Source: Pseudomonadota bacterium (GTDB lineage Bacteria > Campylobacterota > Campylobacteria > Campylobacterales > Sulfurimonadaceae). From it: a stretch of 64,000 nucleotides of DNA. Position numbers and translations under genes: made by a program. Under the pieces are notes generated by a model. The model made no database searches and was not told where the DNA came from. It saw nothing but the letters and a program-made list of their open reading frames with translations. The stretch spans positions 148,191-212,190 of the forward strand of contig JAZDQA010000006.1 in assembly GCA_043797085.1 (NCBI GenBank), given 5' to 3'. Positions 9,103 through 16,782 of this stretch are shown piece by piece (the first letter of the stretch is position 1; each line of letters starts with the position of its first letter).

Positions 9103-10473
9103 TTAGTAGGTAAGTCGGTAGAATTTTTCACCATTGCTCTTAAATAGGTTAGGCTCTCCAAATACATACGGATTAGTAAGCTCCAAATGCTTAATCAGCA
9201 CCTTAGCTGTCTTAATAGTTTTATCCAATGGATGAAGAATGTGATATACAATAATTAGAAACTTTTGCCTAACTACATTGTTTTGAAGATCGCTCGTAAA
9301 ATTATTAAAAAGTGCTATATCAATATTTTGTAAATGCTGAAAATAGAGAAAATTTCTCGATATTATTGCATTAACAAAATTACCAAGAGTGTTGGCAGTC
9401 ATATTCATCATAGCCACTTTTTCCGGTGTAGAAAGAGCCATATTTGCTTGTTCAAAATCAACATTAAAAGACTTCAAAAATATAGCAAAATCCTCCAGTT
9501 CACTATAAATCGTATCTTCGAGTTTCTGATAACCCCCATAACCAAGATGATTAGTTTGATTGAGGTTGCAACCCGTTGTAAAAACGGTAAATCTTCTGTC
9601 GCTCGGCTCTATTTCAATCGGATGTTCATCGTTGGAAAACAATATGGTCTGCGCATGTAGTTTTGTAGGACGAACAAGATCCACATTCTTCTTCTCAGCC
9701 GTAATGGAATCATTGGTAATCAATGCTTTCAGAAAACTGTTAAAACTGCTTTTGCCTATCGTTGAATACGATATTTCATCAAAATTTATAAACAGCGTAT
9801 TTTCGATGATAGCACCTAAATAATTGGATTTTAAGCTATCCCCATTGATCTCCTTGCAATATTCCTCTCCAAAAAGCAACCGAATAATCTTGAAGAAAGT
9901 ACCTTTACCTCCACCTTGAACGCCTTTAAACAAGATAGATACTTGTGATTTATTCAAAGTTTGAAAAAATGCAGCAAGCCAGTTCAAAAAATACCAAGCT
10001 CTTTGGCTATCATAATTTACTAGATGTTCAACGAGCTTCAACGTTGCGGTCGGGTAATTATAATGCCCTGCCGACAGCATTAAATACTTGGAGGGCTTAA
10101 AAAGATTTATATGCCAAGAACCGTCTTTTTCGTAAAATTCTTGGAGTTCATTTGCATTAAACTCTTCACATACTACAAGCAGCAGCTCTGAGATATGGAT
10201 CGTATTATCTCTATCTTTTATCTCGTCAATACTTTTTTTTGTTTCAATTTTAATTGGCATTTCCAATAAAATTGTCAAAATATTTTCTGCTTTTGTCACC
10301 GTTAACTCTTGATAAGGAGCAGATGCTGAAGTGCGAATACAAATATTACCCTTGACATTCACCCATATTGCGCCACCTTTTTCTCCAAATTTATTGAGGA
10401 CCTTATTTTCCTCCGTTTTTTTAGAGTTGTTGTCTTTAAAATTCGTGAAATCTTTTTGTATTGGTGCGTTCAT
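9103..10473 (-). CDS. Primase-helicase family SF3/D5-like helicase (no evident primase domain)
   Basis: Walker A GVQGGGKGT, Walker B FINFDE, motif C ILFSN, and DRRF. Confidence 0.8.
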   Translation of the reverse strand: MNAPIQKDFTNFKDNNSKKTEENKVLNKFGEKGGAIWVNVKGNICIRTSASAPYQELTVTKAENILTILLEMPIKIETKKSIDEIKDRDNTIHISELLLVVCEEFNANELQEFYEKDGSWHINLFKPSKYLMLSAGHYNYPTATLKLVEHLVNYDSQRAWYFLNWLAAFFQTLNKSQVSILFKGVQGGGKGTFFKIIRLLFGEEYCKEINGDSLKSNYLGAIIENTLFINFDEISYSTIGKSSFNSFLKALITNDSITAEKKNVDLVRPTKLHAQTILFSNDEHPIEIEPSDRRFTVFTTGCNLNQTNHLGYGGYQKLEDTIYSELEDFAIFLKSFNVDFEQANMALSTPEKVAMMNMTANTLGNFVNAIISRNFLYFQHLQNIDIALFNNFTSDLQNNVVRQKFLIIVYHILHPLDKTIKTAKVLIKHLELTNPYVFGEPNLFKSNGEKFYRLTY

Positions 10474-10943
10474 AACAATTTCCCCTTGTTGTTTTCATTT
10501 TGAAGTTTTTTTGCCTCTTGCACTGCTTTCGCATTGCAGAGTTCGTTATACTTATCTCCGCTGTGTCCTTTTACCCATTCAGCTTTAACTTGATGTGGTT
10601 GCGATACGGTTAAATACGCTTCCCATAAAGCCTTGTTCGCCACTGTTTTTTTATCACTAGTTTTCCAATTATTCTTTCTCCATCCTTTTATCCAGACGTT
10701 TATCCCATCTACAGTGATTTTACTATCACTATGAATAGTAATTTCACACTTGCTCGGTATTGCTTTTATGGATTCTATAATTGCCATTAATTCCATCTTA
10801 TTGTTCGTTGTATTGATTTCACCTCCAACAACTACTTGTTCGTTTTTATTAAGATATTTGACAATGCCGCAATATCCACCAAAATTATTTTCATTACCGT
10901 TGCCGAGACAACTTCCATCTGTATAAATTTCAACTTTTTCCAT
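10470..10943 (-). CDS. rnhA: Ribonuclease HI (island-borne)
   Basis: IYTDGSCLGN, TTNNKMEL, SDS, WKTSDKKTVANKALW, WVKGHSG. Confidence 0.93.
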   Translation of the reverse strand: MEKVEIYTDGSCLGNGNENNFGGYCGIVKYLNKNEQVVVGGEINTTNNKMELMAIIESIKAIPSKCEITIHSDSKITVDGINVWIKGWRKNNWKTSDKKTVANKALWEAYLTVSQPHQVKAEWVKGHSGDKYNELCNAKAVQEAKKLQNENNKGKLL

Positions 10944-10952
10944 GTAGCTCCT

Positions 10953-11162
10953 TTAGCTTGCTACAGCAAAAGTATTGGCTTCAAGATAACGTATCAATTC
11001 GTTACGTGCGATATGAAACTTATTCCCAATACGTATATAGGCGATTTCACCCTTAGCAAGAATTTTCTTGATTGTTGCAATCTTAATTAAGCCAAGATTT
11101 TCGATTTCTCGTAGATTGAATAAGACTTTTGGTGGTAATAAGTCTTCGTAGTTATATGTCAT
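10953..11162 (-). CDS. Excisionase-like small helix-turn-helix protein
   Basis: 69 aa; TIKKILAKGEIAYIRIGNKFHIARNELIRYL resembles the HTH_17/Xis fold; AGGAG SD. Confidence 0.7.
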   Translation of the reverse strand: MTYNYEDLLPPKVLFNLREIENLGLIKIATIKKILAKGEIAYIRIGNKFHIARNELIRYLEANTFAVAS

Positions 11163-11249
11163 ATGATAAGCTCCTATATGTAAATATAAGCGCTATTGTA
11201 ATGGATTAAGGAGGGGGGTTATACTGTAGAAAAAAAGAAGCTTCTCACC

Positions 11250-12404
11250 CTAATAAGATGAAATGTTTTTAGGTTTTGCTCCTGTGATAAGTTCTAAATA
11301 TTTTTTGTTTTTTATATATTCCGTTGCTATTAGAAGATATTTGGAATATGTATCTGGATGAAAAGATTTTTTCCTATTATTGTCAGGGTCGTGATATTTA
11401 TCCAAACTACTTAAGATGGCTGATTTTTTCATTCCAGCATTTACGGCATCATAGATAAAAAACATGTCAGCAAATTTTTGTTGCAGTTTAGCCCCCGTTC
11501 TACTTTCAAAAGTTTTTATAGTCCCCTTTGTATTTTTTGCACTTAAATGTATGATGTCATCAGCTTTTTCTAATTCTTCTCCCCTTAATTCTCTCGACAG
11601 TTTTAGAATTCGGTTACCTAAAGTCTCTTTTTTTATATGTGATATATAAGCTTTGATTTCTTCTATGGGACGTGAAAGATCTAATGCAATCAAGATTTCT
11701 TCAGCATTCACTTTTCTCTCAAAATTTGGAACAATATGATTAATTGCATAAGTGTTACCGTTTTGATTTATTTCTTGCAAGATACAAAAACTTTTTTGAA
11801 TACTTTCATTTGTTCTACCGTCAAATGTTGTCCCAATGTTGTCAAATTTCTTGTTATTCACTTCATGGAGATAGTCTTCGTCCGCACCTTGATAATTCAT
11901 TACATACCCATCTGGATATACTCGGTAATTGCTTACTAAATCATTCTGAAGCTCAGTAACAATTATTCTTAAATAGTCGTCACAAAGCTGTGTTTCATCA
12001 TCTTTAATATTTAAATCACCATAGATATACTTATTAAGTTGAGCATCGTTCATTTTCTTTCCGTCAATGCTGTTTTCAAACTTATCATACCAATCGGGAC
12101 AATACTTGTTTGTTTTTTCTTTATCTATCTCTTTTTCAAGTATTTCCTTTAACTCGTTTAAGTTTTTTAGAGCTAGTTCTTTGTATTTGTTGGATAGTTC
12201 AACAGATATCGATAAAAATTTACCCATGAATATAGTTAAGTATGGATGTCTCTCTTGCAGCTCTTTAATGTAATCCAATTTTTCCAAAATATTTATGACT
12301 TCTTGATTGCGTATAGCCATTTCATATGCTATACAGGGTGTCAATTCATAATCTTCAAAACTTTCTATCTCTTGATAGTCTTCTCTTTTTAGTAGTTCCA
12401 CCAT
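11250..12404 (-). CDS. Hypothetical protein (island-associated, possibly regulatory)
   Basis: 384-aa AT-rich ORF; no motif recognised with confidence. Confidence 0.7.
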   Translation of the reverse strand: MVELLKREDYQEIESFEDYELTPCIAYEMAIRNQEVINILEKLDYIKELQERHPYLTIFMGKFLSISVELSNKYKELALKNLNELKEILEKEIDKEKTNKYCPDWYDKFENSIDGKKMNDAQLNKYIYGDLNIKDDETQLCDDYLRIIVTELQNDLVSNYRVYPDGYVMNYQGADEDYLHEVNNKKFDNIGTTFDGRTNESIQKSFCILQEINQNGNTYAINHIVPNFERKVNAEEILIALDLSRPIEEIKAYISHIKKETLGNRILKLSRELRGEELEKADDIIHLSAKNTKGTIKTFESRTGAKLQQKFADMFFIYDAVNAGMKKSAILSSLDKYHDPDNNRKKSFHPDTYSKYLLIATEYIKNKKYLELITGAKPKNISSY

Positions 12405-12436
12405 TTTATATCCCTACAGTTTACATAAATTGATTA

Positions 12437-13276
12437 TTAATGGTTACGGTCTATCAAACCTGCCTCAGTGACCGCTATTGCAAATTCTGCCTGTATTGCA
12501 CCGTCAAGTGATACGATCAGTTGTTTATGCTCAGCAACAAGTCTTTCTCTGTATTCTGGATCAGCATCTTTAAATACACTGTCAAAACATTCTGCATACC
12601 TATCAAATTCATTAAGTATTTTATCCATTTGTCGGTGATAATCGATCCCGCCAATGGACTTGATCTCAATATGATTGGCTTCAATCTTTTCAAGATTCCA
12701 GATCGTCCCTTTTTTTGTTTTAACGACTCTTGCTTCAGATTTTGATTTGGTAGCTAAAATATCCATCACATTATGACTATAGCCTACACGAGGTTGCCAT
12801 GATCCCAGCAACTGTTTGTCATGACACATAAGCATATAAACGTAAAATGCAAAATTTCTACCATCCTTTTGGATAGTAGAAATATGAAAGTGTAATCCTG
12901 TATCTTGATTCGTGTAGCCAAACTCTTCGATGAGTGGCAAAATGTGGTTGATATAGTGCTTTACGCCTGTTTGAGATGTGATCGGGATAGATATTTCTAT
13001 CCCATGACTTTCTAACGACTGGTCAGGCTTGATTTGAACACAATGGTTTTTATCTTCATCCGTCGGTAAGCTGATCAAATCCACTAAAATATCGGCATTA
13101 CTAAATGTTTGTATTTTATTTCTGATTCTCTCTACAGCATCCGCAAAATCGTATGTTTCGATGTCGATATAAAATTCAAATTCACACCCATATTGATATT
13201 CATCTTCGTCTGTTATATTGTGACTATCTACCGCACGATTAGGAATAGCTTTGTATCTTAGTGTTGTATTCGACAT
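12437..13276 (-). CDS. Putative amidoligase (glutamine synthetase/GCS-like COOH-NH2 ligase, Amidoligase_2-type)
   Basis: YGCEFEF (GxExE), IKPDQSL, GIEISIP, TNQDTGLHFHIS and IEIK motifs in the expected order. Confidence 0.8.
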   Translation of the reverse strand: MSNTTLRYKAIPNRAVDSHNITDEDEYQYGCEFEFYIDIETYDFADAVERIRNKIQTFSNADILVDLISLPTDEDKNHCVQIKPDQSLESHGIEISIPITSQTGVKHYINHILPLIEEFGYTNQDTGLHFHISTIQKDGRNFAFYVYMLMCHDKQLLGSWQPRVGYSHNVMDILATKSKSEARVVKTKKGTIWNLEKIEANHIEIKSIGGIDYHRQMDKILNEFDRYAECFDSVFKDADPEYRERLVAEHKQLIVSLDGAIQAEFAIAVTEAGLIDRNH

Positions 13277-13279
13277 GCG

Positions 13280-13882
13280 TTAGTGCAACTTTTCTAAAAA
13301 GTTTTTCAATTGTCCAACTTTATACTCTGTATTGTTTTCCCAAACTTTTAATGGCTTTTGATCATCGGGGATATACGTATCTTCTCTGATGTAAACGTAG
13401 GCAAAATTGACACCATCGTGGGTTTTTACTTTGATTCTTTTTCGTTTATAGTAATCAGGCGCACCTTCAAATTCATCGATTTGGTCTAAAAGTTCTTTAC
13501 GCTGAATTTCGTAAAGTTCTCCAGATATTTTGTTGATCGGCTTATTTACCAGATAAGGGTAGTTGCCAAAACTATCTTCAAACATTCCAAATTTACCAAC
13601 GGTAAAAGCTTTGCCTATTCTTCTCGTCGATTTTGCTAAAAGTTTGTTGTTGTCAAACCCTTTTTTTAGCGATCCATAAACAAATAAAAGTTCATGGAAT
13701 GGCTCTATACGCTTAAAATACCCTCTTTGTACAATAGAGATGATTCCGCGTTCATGCAGTCTATGCAAATATTTTCTGATGGTATCTTTGGAAATACCTT
13801 CAATATCCACTTGAGAAAAAGGAACTACTACATCTATGAGCAAAGCATTTATTTTACGCTCAAGCTTGTCGATTGTTTGCAT
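13280..13882 (-). CDS. wHTH (AbiEi/DUF6088-like) fused to gamma-glutamylcyclotransferase (AIG2-like)
   Basis: N-terminal DTIRKYLHRLHERGIISIVQRGYF winged helix; GGCT motifs LFVYGSLKKG, ISGELYEI, LDQIDEFEG..YYKR. AAGGAGG SD. Confidence 0.85.
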   Translation of the reverse strand: MQTIDKLERKINALLIDVVVPFSQVDIEGISKDTIRKYLHRLHERGIISIVQRGYFKRIEPFHELLFVYGSLKKGFDNNKLLAKSTRRIGKAFTVGKFGMFEDSFGNYPYLVNKPINKISGELYEIQRKELLDQIDEFEGAPDYYKRKRIKVKTHDGVNFAYVYIREDTYIPDDQKPLKVWENNTEYKVGQLKNFLEKLH

Positions 13883-13901
13883 TGTATTCCTCCTTGTTTA
13901 T

Positions 13902-13941
13902 CGTGACACAATTGTAGCATTAATTTTATAAAAGTGTCACG
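13902..13941 (-). promoter_or_regulatory. sigma70 promoter with overlapping 8-bp perfect inverted-repeat operator
   Basis: Minus strand reads CGTGACAC-TTTTATAAAATTAATGCTACAATT-GTGTCACG: GTGACA -35, 18-nt spacer, extended -10 TGCTACAAT. The arms cover the -35 and the +1 region. Confidence 0.75.
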
Positions 13942-14016
13942 TTTTATTTTATATTAAATCCCTATTAATAGAGATATTACAGCTATTGTTTTACCAATTA
14001 AATAGATTTTTAAAAA

Positions 14017-14109
14017 TCATCTTACTCTACTAAAGAAGTCTTCTAATGATTCAGCGGCTACTTCTTGACGCATTTGAGAATAGCGCGTGGTAATACTTGT
14101 CGATGTATG
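14017..14109 (-). pseudogene. C-terminal remnant of a tyrosine integrase
   Basis: Hand translation HTSTSITTRYSQMRQEVAAESLEDFFSRVR*, matching box II H-x8-Y with the catalytic Tyr. No upstream integrase body; located next to the tRNA. Confidence 0.7.
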
Positions 14110-14287
14110 CAGGAAAAAATAAAATGAATAGCTGGTTCTTTATGAAATGATAAATAAAAGCGTCATATCACTACAGAAACTATGAGAGTAAAAAGAAGAA
14201 TCGTAGATTAAATTATTTGAAAGCATAAGCATTCTTTTTCAAAGTAAATACAAATGTAGATAAGTCGATATATCTATTGATAGTAAA

Positions 14288-14312
14288 TTGATACCCGTTT
14301 TTGGCACCCGTT
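14288..14312. repeat. Tandem imperfect direct repeat, candidate integrase arm-type sites
   Basis: TTGATACCCGTT and TTGGCACCCGTT, 13-bp period, about 80 bp from the tRNA 3' end. Confidence 0.45.
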
Positions 14313-14394
14313 GTATTTTTCATAAAAAAATAATATAATTTTTTATAATTTCAAAACCTGTTTAAAGTGCTTGTCTATGGGGATTTTAAAGGGG

Positions 14395-14478
14395 TGGTAC
14401 CAGTGGGCGGACTCGAACCGCCACATATTGCTATACCGGATTTTGAATCCGGCGTGTCTACCATTTCACCACACTGGC
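14395..14478 (-). tRNA. tRNA-Leu(CAA)
   Basis: GCCAGTGTGGTGAAATGGTAGACACGCCGGATTCAAAATCCGGTATAGCAATATGTGGCGGTTCGAGTCCGCCCACTGGTACCA: CAA anticodon, long variable arm, TTCGA T-loop, encoded CCA. Confidence 0.97.
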
Positions 14479-14539
14479 ATGTGTTTGGAAATGGGATTAT
14501 AAACATCTTTTGCTTAAAGATTCGTAAAATCTTTAGATA

Positions 14540-14566
14540 TTAACTTTTTGCATCTTTTGTCGATAT
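14540..14566 (+). promoter_or_regulatory. Putative sigma28 (FliA) promoter of flgL
   Basis: TTAA-N15-GTCGATAT. Confidence 0.55.
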
Positions 14567-14573
14567 AGAGAGA

Positions 14574-14590
14574 TGGAACTTTTCTTGCTT
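14574..14590 (+). promoter_or_regulatory. sigma54 (RpoN) promoter of flgL
   Basis: TGGAACTTTTCTTGCTT, giving GG-N10-GC. Confidence 0.75.
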
Positions 14591-14622
14591 TATACAGTTC
14601 AATTCGACTACTAAAGGATTTC

Positions 14623-16704
14623 GTGATGAGAGTTACTTCTACATCCTATTTCAATAATATTTACGGCGAAAATAACAAACTTAATCAACAACTTTTTGAT
14701 GTCAATAAACAAATTGCATCTGGTCAAAAAATTCAATATGCGCATGAAGATCCAGGTGTTTTCATCGATACACTTCGCCTTGATAACGAAATCACTACAC
14801 TCTCTCAGATCAAAGATAGTGCCCAAAATGCTTATAAAATTAGTACTCAAACCGATACCACAATTGGTTCAATCGTTAAAACCATTGAGTCAATGAAAGT
14901 CAAATTAATCAATGCTGCCAACAGTTCCAATTCAGATACGAGTACTCAAGCCATTGCGAAAGAGTTGCGCGGTTTAAAAAATAATTTACTGACTCTAGCC
15001 AATACTTCTATCGGAGGAGAATATCTTTTTTCTGGTACGGCAACTTCACAAATACCCATTGGAGCAGACGGAACATATCAAGGTAATGATAAAAATTTAA
15101 ATGCTTTTTTAGGTTCAGGCGTCAAACAAAAATACAATATTACTGGAACGCAGCTCTTTTTAGGTAATGAAGGCAACGTTAATCGTACAATCACAACCAA
15201 CGTACCGCAACTCAGTCTATCAGAACAATTTCCTGACATCATGAAAGATTCAAGTTTGACACGCGATTTAGGTGTACCAACATATATCAGCGCTTCAAGT
15301 ACAATACGTGATTTGATGGGAGATACAGATATTGACACAACCAATGATGCCGCACGAATTTCTCATTTTTATATTCAAGGGACAAAAACAGACGGTACAA
15401 CATTTAAACAACAAATTTCCCTCAATACTACGGATACGGTTGATAATTTGCTCCAAAATATAGCTTCCCAATACGGCACAAATCAGGTTAATGTCAGTAT
15501 CAATACTCATGGTCAAATTGAGATTCAAGACAAACAAACCGGTTCAAGCAAGCTTGATTTTCACATGGTTGGGGCGGTTGATTTTAACTCTGCCGGAATC
15601 GATGCGGCAGATGTCCCTGCTAATATTGACTTACTTCAAGCAGGGACTACTAATTTTGAAGATGTTATTGCTTCGCCAATTATTAATTCATTGTACGTTA
15701 AAGAGTTTACGAAGAGTGGTCTTGATTCTTCGAATGCTGCTAACACAATTGACGGAATCGATTATGATCGTACCAATTTTACGCAAAATGGGGCACAACT
15801 AACTTCTAATATTTCACAAATCGATAAAAATACGAATGCTTATGTTTCTTCTTCTAGTAAACTTATCGATGTGGCAGGAGTTTCCAATTTGGATGGAAAA
15901 CAGCTTCTGCTTACAGGGTCAAATATTACAGGAGCAGCATTTACGGCACAAATCAACCTTGCAACCGCTGGTTCGACATTCTCTCTCGATAACGGGGTAA
16001 CCAATTATAATATTTTCACCGCAACCGCCCCTCGAGCTGCTGTTGATGCTAATAAGATGACGTATCAACAACTCTTAGATGTGGTCAATATGGCGATGAG
16101 CGGAACACTGCCCGCAAGTAATACCAGTGCCGGCTATGATACAGCAATTACTACTGCAAATACCCTCTCTTCGACAACCCTCGATAATGCCGGAAAAATA
16201 GTATTCGAAGACAAAAGTACGCCGGTAACACAAGCCACAATGTCATTATATGACGCCTCATCATCAAATTATAGTGGAGTGACAGGCAGTGCCTTAACCT
16301 TTAATGCCAATAGTGCTTTAACGGTACGCGATCCAAAAAATGATTTTTTTGCTCAAATCGAAGAGGTAATACAATCCGTAGAACAAGGGAAAATACGTTC
16401 AGATGGCTTGGATAGTGAAGATCCGCGTAATGTCGGTATCCAAAATTCAATACAAATCATGGATGACTTAAGTGATCATGTCACTCGATTACAAACCGAA
16501 TCCGGTTCTTATTCTCAAGTTTTACAATCCTCATCGGATCGCAGTAATTTGCTCATCGTAACTACTAAAATGCTACAATCCGATATCATTGATACCGATA
16601 TAGCCGAAGCAACCTTACAATTACAGCAATTAAGCCTCAGTTACCAAGCGATGTTATCAACCATATCCAAAGTTTCAAAACTCTCTCTTGTCAATTATTT
16701 ATAG
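14623..16704 (+). CDS. flgL: Flagellar hook-associated protein FlgL
   Basis: Flagellin-like N-terminus (QIASGQKIQY, ANTSIGGEYLFSG) and C-terminus (DTDIAEA..SKLSLVNYL). Confidence 0.9.
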   Translation: MMRVTSTSYFNNIYGENNKLNQQLFDVNKQIASGQKIQYAHEDPGVFIDTLRLDNEITTLSQIKDSAQNAYKISTQTDTTIGSIVKTIESMKVKLINAANSSNSDTSTQAIAKELRGLKNNLLTLANTSIGGEYLFSGTATSQIPIGADGTYQGNDKNLNAFLGSGVKQKYNITGTQLFLGNEGNVNRTITTNVPQLSLSEQFPDIMKDSSLTRDLGVPTYISASSTIRDLMGDTDIDTTNDAARISHFYIQGTKTDGTTFKQQISLNTTDTVDNLLQNIASQYGTNQVNVSINTHGQIEIQDKQTGSSKLDFHMVGAVDFNSAGIDAADVPANIDLLQAGTTNFEDVIASPIINSLYVKEFTKSGLDSSNAANTIDGIDYDRTNFTQNGAQLTSNISQIDKNTNAYVSSSSKLIDVAGVSNLDGKQLLLTGSNITGAAFTAQINLATAGSTFSLDNGVTNYNIFTATAPRAAVDANKMTYQQLLDVVNMAMSGTLPASNTSAGYDTAITTANTLSSTTLDNAGKIVFEDKSTPVTQATMSLYDASSSNYSGVTGSALTFNANSALTVRDPKNDFFAQIEEVIQSVEQGKIRSDGLDSEDPRNVGIQNSIQIMDDLSDHVTRLQTESGSYSQVLQSSSDRSNLLIVTTKMLQSDIIDTDIAEATLQLQQLSLSYQAMLSTISKVSKLSLVNYL

Positions 16705-16715
16705 CAAAATGACAT

Positions 16716-16742
16716 AAAAGAGAGTTCAGTCTCTTTTTTTTT
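16716..16742 (+). terminator. Rho-independent terminator after flgL
   Basis: AAAAGAGA-N6-TCTCTTTT followed by a T run. Confidence 0.55.
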
Positions 16743-16782
16743 GCTATAATCCAACCACTTTGCAATATTTCAAGGATTCACC

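Larger units (their letters stand above)
1..14394 (-). mobile_element. tRNA-Leu-integrated genomic island (integrative/satellite-like element with decayed integrase); left boundary outside window
   Basis: Abuts the 3' CCA end of tRNA-Leu. Contains an integrase C-terminal remnant, excisionase-like HTH, helicase, DUF932, Rad52, DUF2958 and type I R-M. All genes are co-oriented on the minus strand; housekeeping genes resume right of the tRNA. Confidence 0.85.

Noticed and set aside
1..14394. Prophage or conjugative element call
   Set aside because: No capsid, terminase, tail, relaxase or T4SS genes in the visible part.
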